A stretch of DNA of 64,000 bases from Azolla caroliniana (lineage: Eukaryota; Plantae; Polypodiophyta), in NCBI GenBank assembly GCA_043228905.1, contig JBHGNT010000014.1:19592001-19656000 (forward strand), read 5' to 3'. Position numbers and translations under genes: made by a program. The notes under the pieces are model-generated. The model saw only the letters and a list, made by a program, of their open reading frames with translations. It was not told the origin of the DNA and searched no databases. Below, in pieces: positions 36,316-48,206 of the stretch (position 1 is its first letter; each line of letters starts with the position of its first letter).

Positions 36316-39300
36316 TGTCGGGATTTCGGTCCCTCCGGATGGGATGTCCGGAGAGAATGACGGCAAGCCCGGTTACGGCTACGGAGCCGGATGACGAAGA
36401 CCCTGGCTACGGAGCCGGATGATGAAGACCCCGGTTACGAAGCCGGATGCCGAATGTACCCGGAGAGAGAGCCGGATGACGAAGACCCTGGCTACGGAGC
36501 CGGATGACGAAGACCCTGGCTACGGAGCCGGATGATGAAGACCCCGGTTACGGAGCCGGATGCCGAATGTACCCGGAGAGAGATCCGGATGCGGGGACAT
36601 ATTTGTGAATATGTTTGCCAAGAGCCCTTGAGGCTACATTTGTAAGTAGCCCGAAAGTCATATATGTATAAATATGACTTAGGGCAAACAGTTTATGTGT
36701 TGTTGCTCATTTTTATGTGAAGTGAGAGCAGCCGAGAGTGAGAGACGAAGTGGTTGTTGCCTCTGTGTATTACCGCCGCCTGTGGCGAAGACAGTGAGCT
36801 CAAGGTCGTTGCCTTGCAGCTCACCATTGTATATTTCTCTGTGCATAGTTTTGGTTTGGAGTCTTGCACTCCCGTGGTTTTTCCCATATAGGGTTTTCCA
36901 CGTTAATCCCTGTGTTATCGTGTCTTTCTCTGTATTTCCCACTTTTCTGCAACAACGATTCGTGTGTTTCCTTGGTTGTGGCCGAGAGGTGAAGGTGAAT
37001 CGGAGCGTCGATTCTCAACAAGTGGTATCAGAGCGAACTGCTGCAGAAAATGAAAGGCGGCGGCAGCGGGCAGCCGGGGATAATGGTGCTGAATGCGCAG
37101 AATTACGCCGACTGGAAGATCAAGATGGAGGATCTTCTGATTGTTCGGGACCTGTACGAACCGATTGACAGGTCGGAAATACCGAAGGGGGTACTTGAGT
37201 CGGAATGGAGGCTTCTGAACCGGAAAGCCGTTGCAACCATTCGGCAATACGTCGACGTGAGCGTTCTACAACATGTGGCGAACGACATCAACGCATATGA
37301 GATGTGGCGGAAGCTGTCGGGCCTCTACGAGAGGAAGAATTCGTTGAACCGGACCTCCCTGATGAGGAAGATAGTGAACCTCAAGTACCGGGACGGCGAG
37401 AGTATGGCGGAACACGTAAGCACGTTCATGGGATTCGTGAACCAGCTTGCGGCGATCAAGTTCCCGCTGGAGGATGCAATGCAAGCCATCATTCTGATGT
37501 GTACATTGCCGGAAAGCTGGGAGAACTTGGTGGTGACTCTCAGCACCTCCTGCACGGAAGATAACTTGTCCCTACAAACGGTAAAGACAAGTATCTTGAA
37601 CGAAGAAGCGCGTCGGAGAGATAAAGAACCGGCCTCCGACTCGAAGGCGCTGCTTACCGAATCGGAACGGGGAAGACAATGGAACCGGAGTCCGCAAAGA
37701 CGGGAGAAGTCGGGGACCCGGTCGCAGTCAAGAGGAAGACCCACATGCTTCCACTGTGGGAAGCCGGGGCACTTCCGGAAGAATTGTCGGCATTACCGAA
37801 AGGACAACGGAGCCGACGACACCGATTCGAAGAAGTCACCGGAGAGAAACGGTGCATACCGGGGAGCCACGGGGCGGAGAGGTCCGGATCGGCGAGGGCA
37901 GGACCAGAAAGGAACGACGGCACTCGCGGCAAGTGAGGAAGAAATCATGCTCATCACCGAAGAAGGTGAACTAAACATTGCCGGCGATGAGACGACCTGG
38001 GTGGTCGATTCCGGAGCATCGTTCCACCTGACCCCGGAGAGAAGATACTTCTCATCCTACACAGCCGGTGAGCTTGGCTGTGTCCGGATGGGAAATGAGG
38101 GTACATGCCGGATTGCCGGCATAGGAGACGTGTGGCTGATGACATCAACCGGATGCAAGATGCTGCTGAAGGATGTCCGACACGTTCCGGAGGTTCGATT
38201 GAACCTGATTTCGGCCGGGAGGCTAGACGATGAAGGCTACACGGGTAGCATACGGAACGGTGTCATGAAGTTCAGCAAAGGGAGCCTGATAGTGGCTCGG
38301 GCCCGGAAGGTCAACACACTGTACCTGATGAATTCCCGGCTATGTCCGGAGGAGCTGAACGTGGCAGCTGACACTGCCGGTGAGCTATGGCACAAGAGAC
38401 TGTGCCACATGAGCGAGAAGGGGATGAAGAGGCTTGCAGATGACAACCTTATTCCAGTGAAGCATGTGCACCTGGAGAAGTGCACCGATTGCCTGGCCGG
38501 TAAGCAGAACCGAACCTCCTTCCACTCAAGGCCACCGACGAGACGTAGCGCACCATTGGAGTTGGTGCATACTGACGTGTGTCAAGTAGAAACGAAGTCA
38601 CATGGCGGAGCCCAGTACTTCGTGACATTCATTGATGACCACAGCCGGAAGCTGTGGACGGCACCGTTGAAGACAAAGGACCAAGTATTGTCCGTCTTCA
38701 AAGAACTCCACGCGAGAGTGGAAAGAGAATCCGGCAAGAAGCTGAAAGCGATACGAGCAGATAACGGAGGAGAATACCGAGGGAAATTTGAGGAGTATTG
38801 CCGTTCAATGGGAATCCGGCTCGAGTTTACTGTGCCGAAGACGCCGGAACTGAACGGGCTGGCCGAGAGGATGAACCGGACCATAATGGAGAGGGTCCGG
38901 AGTATGCTGGCGCATGCGAAATTACCCAAGGGGTTTTGGGCTGAGGCAATGTCGATGGCGACATACGTGATAAACAGATCACCCTCAGTACCTTTGGACG
39001 GAGACACGCCGCAGAGAGTGTGGACCGGTAGGGAAGTATCCTACCGGCATCTGAAGGTGTTCGGGTGTCTCGCATATGTGCATGTGGCAAAGGACCGGAG
39101 AGGAAAACTAGATCCAAAGACCCGGCCATGCATATTCCTCGGTTACGGCGACGACGAGTTCGGCTACCGAGTATGGGACCCGGTCGACAAGAAGATATTC
39201 CGGAGTCGTGATATCATCTTCATGGAGAACAAGCCACTCGCCGACTGGGAGTCGGAGAAGAAGATGAAGAGCTCCAAGTCGACCGGTGAGGATAAACTCT

Positions 39301-41866
39301 ACGAGGAGCAGTCCCGACCGGCAAGGGATCGGTTAACACTCGAAGATCCGGCCGAAGACGGTGAAGAAACAGAACCGGCCGAAGAAGATGAAAATGATAC
39401 CGGAACCGGCCCCGATCCCGAAATGGATTCGGATGAAGAGGAAACGGAGGAGCCGGTTGCCGAAGCTCCGGAACGGAGATATCCTCTAAGAGAGAGAAGG
39501 GCCCCCCGGAGATTTCCGGAACCAGAGCACGTGCTGCTAACCGACGAGGGGGAGCCGGAGAGCTTTGAAGAAGCGAAGCATGACACCCATAGCCGCAGGT
39601 GGCTAAGTGCCATGCAGGAGGAGATGGATTCCCTGCATGAGAACCACACATATGAACTTGTGGAGTTGCCGAAAGGAAAACGGGCACTCCGTAACAAGTG
39701 GGTGTTCAAGCTGAAACCGGGAGATGCCGGAAACCCCCCGAGATACAAAGCCAGGATCGTGGTGAAGGGGTTCCAGCAGAAGAAGGGCGTCGACTTCGAC
39801 GAGATATTTGCCCCGGTAGTGAAGAGGACCTCCATCCGGACGGTGCTGAGCATAGCGGCAAGCATGGACCTCGAGGTAGAACAGATGGACGTGAAGACGG
39901 CATTCCTTCACGGTGACCTCGAAGAAGAGATATACATGCAGCAACCGGAAGGATTCGAGAAGAAAGAGAAGGAGCACTTGGTATGCCGGTTGAAGAAGAG
40001 CCTTTATGGTTTGAAGCAGGCTCCCCGGCAGTGGTACCGAAAGTTTGACTCCTTCATGACCGATGAAGGGTACCACAAAACGCAGTCCGACCACTGCGTG
40101 TTTGTGAAGAAGTTCGACGGAGGAGACTCTCTAATACTCCTCCTGTACATGGACGACATGTTGATCGTCGGACGGAACCAGGTCAAGATACGGATGCTGA
40201 AGAAGGCTCTTCACCGAACCTTCTCAATGAAAGACCTGGGTCCGGCGAGGCAAATACTAGGGATGCACATCATCCGGGACCGGAAGAAGAAGCAGTTGTG
40301 GCTGTCACAGGAGAAGTACGTGACAAAGGTGCTTCACCGGTTCAACATGTCGGAAGCAAGACCGGTCGGGTCAACACTCCCGACAAACTGCAAGTTGTCC
40401 AGCAAGCAAAGTCCCAAGACAAAAGTTGAAAAGGAGGATATGATGAAGATACCATATGCCTCTGCCGTCGGGAGCTTGATGTACGCAATGGTGTGTACCC
40501 GACCGGACATTGGATACGCAGTCGGAGTGGTGAGTCGGTATATGAGTAATCCCGGCAAAGAGCACTAGAACGCGGTCAAGTGGATACTCCGATACCTGAA
40601 GGGCACGGCAAACCTGTGCCTCCGATTCGGCTCCGGTAAGCCAGAACTTGACGGCTTTACCGATTCGGATATGTCGGCTGATGCATATACCAGCCGGTCC
40701 ACATCAGGGTATGTGATGACGTATGCAGGGGGAGATGTTTCGTGGCAGTCGAGGCTGCAGAAGACGGTTGCGTTGTCAACCACGGAGGCGGAGTACATGG
40801 CGGCTGTTGAAGCCGGCAAGGAAATAATATGGATGAAGGACTTCATTAGAGAGCTCGGGATCCGGCAGGAGGAGTACCGACTCTACTGCGATAGTCAGAG
40901 TGCCATCCACCTTGCAAAGAACGCGGCCTACCATTCCCGGACGAAACACATCCAGCGTAGATATCACTAGATCCGGGAGAGGATAGAAGACCAGGAGTTC
41001 GTGCTGACGAAGATCCACACGGACGAGAATGGGTCGGATATGCTGACCAAGGTCCTCACACCCGACAAGCTGGAAGCATGCCGGAAGAGGATCGGATTGG
41101 AGAGACATCCCATGCCGAAGTGAAGGGGGAGTTTGTCGGGATTTCGGTCCCTCCGGATGGGATGTCCGGAGAGAATGACGGCAAGCCCGGTTACGGCTAC
41201 GGAGCCGGATGACGAAGACCCTGGCTACGGAGCCGGATGACGAAGACCCTGGCTACGGAGCCGGATGATGAAGACCCCGGTTACGGAGCCGGATGCCGAA
41301 TGTACCCGGAGAGAGAGCCGGATGACGAAGACCCTGGCTACGGAGCCGGATGACGAAGACCCTGGCTACGGAGCCGGATGATGAAGACCCCGGTTACGGA
41401 GCCGGATGCCGAATGTACCCGGAGAGAGATCCGGATGCGGGGACATATTTGTGAATATGTTTGCCAAGAGCCCTTGAGGCTACATTTGTAAGTAGCCCGA
41501 AAGTCATATATGTATAAATATGACTTAGGGCAAACAGTTTATGTGTTGTTGCTCATTTTTATGCGAAGTGAGAGCAGCCGAGAGTGAGAGACGAAGTGGT
41601 TGTTGCCTCTGTGTATTACCGCCGCCTGTGGCGAAGACAGTGAGCTCAAGGTCGTTGCCTTGCAGCTCACCATTGTATATTTCTCTGTGCATAGTTTTGG
41701 TTTGGAGTCTTGCACTCCCGTGGTTTTTCCCATATAGGGTTTTCCACGTTAATCCCTGTGTTATCGTGTCTTTCTCTGTATTTCCCACTTTTCTGCAACA
41801 ACGATTCGTGTGTTTCCTTGGTTGTGGCCGAGAGGTGAAGGTGAATCGGAGCGTCGATTCTCAACA
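36316..41866 (+). mobile_element. Young full-length Copia (Tnt1/Tork-like)
   Basis: LTRs 36316-37020 and 41134-41866 (near-identical, one extra 28-bp unit), TSD GTTAT, iMet PBS 37023-37034, PPT GAAGGGGGAG. Confidence 0.97.
37050..41123 (+). pseudogene. Copia gag-pol with two TAG stops at expected Trp codons
   Basis: 1172-aa ORF with CFHCGKPGHFRKNC, WVVDSGAS, integrase DDE and RT (LYMDD). Stops at 40566-40568 and 40968-40970, with RNase H continuing in frame. Confidence 0.95.
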
Positions 41867-44800
41867 GTTATCATGTTCTTACGAGTCGTAGACGTCTGGG
41901 ACCGGAAGGATCTTGGAGTGCTTCTAGAGGACACGAATACCGAGAGTGGCCTCACCGAAACATGGGAAAGCATGTGGGATATCGTCGCGTGATACACAAA
42001 GAGGGGGCAATGGCTTGCCAACGAAGAAAAGAGGGTTTCGAAACCGATTCCGAAACCGAGATCCGGATCGGAAGACCATCAACCGTGGGCTTGGGAAGCT
42101 ACGACTGAGAAGGGAATCGACGCAACTACGGTGGAGCAGTTGCTGAAGGAGATGGAGAATCTAAAAATCACGTTGGTGAAGAAGTCGGATGACCGTCCCA
42201 CAAGTTCCAAGTATATGGACCGTCAATGCATATAGTGCGATAGCACTGAACATGATCGGAGGGACTGCGACGAGCACAAGGAAGCGCTACGACATGATCT
42301 TATCTACTACGAGGGAAATCGGATTCATTCGATGGACTCTCGGAAGCCACTCCGACCAAACTTCTGAAAAGGCGACATGAAGAAGGTCCTAGAGGAGGAA
42401 ATAATGGTGAAGAACAATTACGCGACAACCGTGGGAATACGTGTCGGGGAGTCATCGGGAGCAAAGGTGTTTTTTTGGCCGGAAGTGCTAGAAAACACCG
42501 AGAAAACTGACTCTAACGAGATCCGAAGCACCGCGGAAGGCATCCGGGAAGCTAGGGGATGGGAGTGCCCCGTCGATAAGAATAGCATGTTTTCTTTATG
42601 CCAATTGCATGAAGTGTATGTCGATGAGAAGCGACGGCGCACGGATGAGGCGGCCGGTCTATCAAAGACACCGGAAAGTTGGAACTCCGGAGGTAAGGGA
42701 AAAGAAAAGATGATTCCGGCATTCAAGCTCGCCTCGGACATCGAACAACAAACGGACTTGAAAAAGGTGTTCGAGGAGAGAATCCTCGATAGCCGGGTAG
42801 ATTTTTCGCTTCGAGAATTACTCGGAATAGCGAAGGAGTTCCACGATCTTCTTGTGGATCTCGTGAAGAGAAAAAGGCAAAGTACGGAGGAGAACGCTCC
42901 AAGGGTGAATGCAAATACCGTTCTAATGAATGACACCGAATTGGAGGACGAAATACCGAATTCTCACTACACAAAGCCACACTAGGGACGCGCAACTACG
43001 GAGACTCCGGTCCGAATCGGTAACATCAAAGAACCTATGCTAGCATTGATTGATCATGGATCGGAGATCAACTTGATGTCCAAGGAATTCTACCGGAAGG
43101 GTAAGTGGCCTATTAACACGAATCATGGGTGGAAGATCCGGGCGGCCACTAAAGCAACGGAAGATCTATTTGCGGCTTGTTCGGGTGTGACGGTGAAGAT
43201 CAAGGATGTCGAGATCGACCAAAATTTCTTCGTATAAGACGAGGTCTCACACTCCATGATCCTCGGGCAACCTTTTATCACGGCATCACGGATGGAGACG
43301 AAGGTGCTCGATAGCGGTGCGGCTTTTGCACGAATTCGGACCCAAAACGGAGGGAAATCCATCCAATTCCTCACGGTGCCGGAAAATCATGAAAGGAACA
43401 AGAGAGAGCTCTTGTCCCAAACAAGAATGGATTTTTAGAGCGGATTGTTGCGGAGTGGTACAAAAAGTTATTCATGCATAGACACTCGAGTTAAAAGAAA
43501 AGATGAGATAGAAAGGTAATCATGCACATGCAGTGTGCATGAAAACTAAAGATAGGAAAAGCATGATGCTTGCATGTGATAAACTTAGACTCTTCCAACA
43601 CTATATAAGGAAGAGAGAAAGATGTATAGAGGTTGTTGATTATTTTACAAGGGTTGATTAATATAATATAATCGTGGGATCCACGAATTTGTTAACTATT
43701 TTTCTCTCTTAATTTGAGTACTCACTAATACACTATACTCGTGGGATTCACGAGTTTTTCATATCTTTCTTTCTTACAATATATTTCACATTCTTTATTG
43801 CCTTAGAATTTTCTTTCCTCCTAGTCCAAAACCCCAGTGGTTCCCAGCCGACTCACGCAACGATCCGGAGCCGAAAGGCATGACACCATAAAGTTCGGGA
43901 GTCTGATTACGACTCCTTTTGATTGCATGTTCTGGAGCTTTTGGAGATTGATGTGGCCAATTCTCTTGTGCCATAGTTTCAAGTCGGTTTCGACATTCTG
44001 GCCCTTTGCAAACATGGCCGACTTTACCTCACTCGATTCACGACAGACGTGAACTATGACTTGATCGTCTTTTAGATGAAGCACCCACGACATATACGGG
44101 ACGTTCGGGCTTCTGTAGTTCCCGAAACCAATCTTCATGGGACGTCATGTGATTGGATGCTCCCGAATCGACAAACCATACGTTGTTCGGGGTGGAATCA
44201 GTAGTTGACGCAAGTGCGGACATTGAGTGCGCTTCGTGCTTCATTATGAACATTCCGTCGCGGTTGCCGTAGTCGGAGTTCGAGGCATAATTTGATAGTT
44301 GTTGGCCTTGCTCACGCTTCTTCTTCTGACACTCCTCTTCGTAGTGGCCGGGTTTTTCACAGTACCCGCAGTCAACTGGGTTCCTACGGTTGCTTGGTCC
44401 GGTGTGATGACTCCCCCTTCCGCCGAACTCTCTGGGGTCATTTCTATCCGGTTGTGTCGGCCTTGGCCGAATCGACCTCTCCTTCCGCGGCTTTGTCCTC
44501 TTCCTCTACCGAAGTTCGGATATAGCATTTGTCCATCATGCTCGGTGTTCCTTTGACGCACGTGATTCTCTTCAACTAGCAACAATGATTGGAGATAAAA
44601 AAAGGAGGAACACGTTTGCGTTCACAAGTGGAAGGATCGTGCACAAGTGGAAGGATAAGGAATATTCCGTTCGTGCACAAGTGGAAGGATAAGTTTTTGC
44701 CATTTCACAAAACATCTTGATACTAGTATCACATGTTCTCCAAAACTTGATGAAAAAGTTGAAAATTTTCACCATTTGGTAAAATTGAAAAATGTCAAAT

Positions 44801-45857
44801 TTGGGTAAAATATGAAAAGTAACTTTGTGGATTTTTAAAGAAAAATGACAACTAATAAGTTTTTAGATCTTAAAGAAATCAAAGTAGAATATTTCAAAAC
44901 AATGAATGTTTTTATTCCATTCGATAAAATGTCGTCTAAATTTGTTACATATAGTTGCACAACAAATACATTTGGGAGTTATTTGCATGACTATCATCAT
45001 TCTTTTCATGAGAATCACTACTATAGATAATATACAATTGTGACTCTTCCTCCTCATCTTCCAATGTACTTAATGTTAATCTTTATAAAGATTAAGAACC
45101 ACGCGAACACTTTATGGACCATGTAAATGGCATTTGCAAGGTTCAATTACCATCAACACAATTATTAATAGTTTTTTGTTAATCAATGATGCACATGTTC
45201 ACCATAAAGTATCTTGTTGTACAACATACTTGTTTGCACTATCAATATGCATCTCTTTCTCTTGTTAAAACAAACATTTTAGTACGATTCAAGTTCATGT
45301 TTAAAAAACCTCTTTTATTTGAAATGCAACAAAATTTTAAACATGAAGTCGATATGTTGTATCGAGTTGATGTAAAAAATAGAGTTTTCATCATAATTCC
45401 ATACAATGTATTGAATTCTTGCTCAAAGTTTTTTTTACTAGATTTAAAAAATAATAATAATAATAAATTGTGCTTGAGTTCATCTAGAAAACCATTTTCA
45501 TCAAAATTCGATATAATGTATTGAGTTCATGCTTAAAGTAATTTTTTCTAATTGTTTTCAATTTTGTTTCAATTTTTTTCAACTTTTTATTGATTTTGTT
45601 TTATTTATTAAACATCAATTTGATACATTGTATCGACTTGTGATAAAAGCTCTGGTTTTTTCATCACTTATTAAAGCTCAATTTTGTTTTAGAAAAAAAA
45701 ACAAAATACCAAAATAAAATAGAAAAAAATGTAATTATTTTTTTTTAAAAATCCAAAATAAAACTTTAAACATCAACTCGATATGTAAAAAAGTTCGCTT
45801 TTCAACATGAACTCGATACGCCGTATCGAGTTCATGTAAAAGAGTTAGATTAACTCA

Positions 45858-46130
45858 TGTCATGATATGGTAAGGCTCAAACCCATAATATGACCTTATG
45901 CTACATGGGTCAAGCTCTTGACCATTAGACCATAAATTGTAATATATAGAATATTATTTTCATTTTTACTATACGAGCGTTCCTTGTATATTCTTGTCAC
46001 ACTATATCGTTGTCGTCGTCATTCCCTCTCATTCCTCTCTCTCTCTTTCTCTTCTTTTCTCAAGTGTTCTACATCTTAAATTCTTCTTAGTACTAATATT
46101 TCTCTCCTAGCTAATTTCGTCTCTATCTTA
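45858..46130 (+). mobile_element. Degenerate LTR related to the 33041 family
   Basis: TGTCATGATATGG start, antisense A box TGGTCTAATGG with a decayed B box, CT tract and TTAGTACTAAT. Right end approximate. Confidence 0.65.
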
Positions 46131-46667
46131 GAATTTTGTTTTTGAGCTTTAATAAGTGATGAAAAAACCAGACTTCTTATCACAAGTCGATACAATGTAT
46201 CGAGTTCATGTTTAATATTATTATTTTTTCCATAAAAAATAAAAATATAAAATATAAAAAAATTTGAAAAAAAATAAAAAAATTGAAACAAATTGAAAAT
46301 GTTTTTCTAAAAATTAGAAAAAATTACTTTGAACATGAACTCGATACATTGTATTGAATTGTGATAAAAAATCTGGTTTTTCTATGAACTCAAGCTTAAT
46401 TTATTATTATTTTTATTTTTTAAATCCGGTAAAAAAACTTTGAACATGAATTCAATATATTGTATAGAGTTATAATGAAAACTTTATTTTTTACATCAAT
46501 TCAATACAACATATCGTGTTCATGTTTAAAACTCTTGTTGTTTTTCAAATAAAAGAGGTTTTTTAAAGATGTACGTTGCACAACAAGATACCTTATGGTA
46601 AATATGTGCTTCATTTATTAGAAGAAAACCATTAATAATTGTGTTGATGGTAATTGAACTTTGCAAA

Positions 46668-47288
46668 TGTTGGGATTATGGTCCCTCCGGATGGGATGGT
46701 CGGATGTCCGGGAATCGGGAATGAAGACCCGGTTCCAGAGCCGGATGATGAAGACCCGGTTCCGGATCCGGATGATGAAGACCCCGGCTACGGAGCCGGA
46801 TGACGAATGTACCCGAAGAGAGATCCGGATGCGGGGACATATTTGTGAATATGTTTGCCAAGGGCCCTTGAGGCTATATTTGTAAATAGCCCGAAAGTCA
46901 TATGTGTATAAATATGACTTAGGGCAAACAGTTTTTGTTGTTGTTGCTCATTTTTCTGTTTTCACCTAGAGGGAGCGAAGTGAGAGCAGCCGAGAGAGAG
47001 AGTGAGAGAGAGAGAAAGGAAGAGGTCGACGCCTCTGTGTAATACCGCCGCCTGTGGCGAGGACAGCGAGCTCAAGGTCGTCGCCTTGCAGCTCGCCATT
47101 GTACATTCCCTGCGTATAGTGATAGTTGGAGTCTTGCACTCCCGTGGTTTTTTCCCGTCTAGGGTTTTCCACGCTAAACCCTGTGCATTCGAGTCTCTCT
47201 CTGTGTTTTTCGATTTACTGCTGCATTGATTCGTGTTTCCTCGGTTGTGGCCGAGAGGTGAAGGTTTTGAAAGCGCCAATTTCTAACA
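46668..47288 (+). mobile_element. Solo LTR (Copia, 36316 family relative)
   Basis: TGTTGGG...TCTAACA with TSD GCAAA. The empty site is visible in the paralogous copy at 448-452. Confidence 0.95.
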
Positions 47289-48206
47289 GCAAATGCCATT
47301 TACTTCACAAATTTTGAAGGGGAATTCTTATAAGGAAGGAGATTATAACATTGTAGATACCCAGATAACTATGTGTTATGTTCAAATTGATATATTAATG
47401 TTCACATCTAAAGTTTGACAGTTTATGAATATCATCTACATTTTAGGAGTTGTGGATTTATCAAAATTGTTTATGAATATTGTCTACATTTCTTGAGTTG
47501 TGAATTTATGGATGTTAATGAGCACTAATTTATAGATGATGACATTAAGGATTGCAATATTACGTTTTATACTTAAAACATTTTCAAGTCTAACAATAGA
47601 TGTAACCTTAATCTTCTCAAGATGGTGAAACCATTAATCTTAACTTGTGCCTTGAGTTGACCATAATTGTTATTTTCTTTAAGTTAACTACATTTCATAT
47701 CTGCAAACCATCAAAATTTAAACATTTATCCCTAAACTATTCAATTTTAGAAATTATCATTTTGAAATTTGTTAAATCTCAAAAAATTAGCAAAATTTAC
47801 ATGCTATTTAAAACATGTGATACTGGTGTATCAAGTTTTTGGAAATTGTCTAAAATCACAAGATTATAAAAGGAATCTATAAGTGGAATGCGCAATCCTT
47901 CCACTTGTGAATGCAAAGGTGTTGAGGGAGGTTTCTCTCTCGCGAGAACAACCGATCTTATTGCGCCAAATCACGGTGCCAAGCCACCGAGGCATATCTA
48001 CACCATTTCTTCGTCGTCAATGCTAACATTGATCGATCCAAGGGCATCGCACAACTCCTTGATCTTTAAGGTGTAGTTGCGGATTGACATGTCCCTTTGT
48101 TGAAGATTGTTCAGCTCCTATCGAAGTTGGAGCTTTCGTGCGGCCCGTATTGGCTGTGAAAATCTTATTGAGGTTTTCCCACGCCTGCTTCGGTGTTTTT
48201 GCCTCT

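Larger units (their letters stand above)
34956..43885 (+). mobile_element. Trp-primed Gypsy with pol deleted, interrupted by a Copia
   Basis: TSD CCAT. 5' LTR ~34956-35804 (no clean TG start), PBS at 35809-35825, gag-protease 35870-36315 plus 41867-43438 (ALIDHGSEINLM), partial 3' LTR ~43456-43885. Confidence 0.85.
44609..47923. mobile_element. Non-autonomous foldback-like TIR element, 4-bp TSD GAGG
   Basis: Termini AACACGTTTGCGTTCACAAGTGGAAGGAT / ATCCTTCCACTTGTGAATGCAAAGGTGTT and ~1.1-kb imperfect inverted arms. Removing it restores the host gag. Confidence 0.88.

Noticed and set aside
43446-43455. TGTTG as the true start of the 3' LTR
   Set aside because: It does not match the 5' LTR. It is better explained as post-frameshift pol sequence joined by a deletion to the LTR interior.
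45342-46525. CRISPR-like spaced palindromic repeats
   Set aside because: Repeats are degenerate and irregularly spaced, spacers are low-complexity and mirrored between arms, there are no cas genes, and the context is a eukaryotic transposon.
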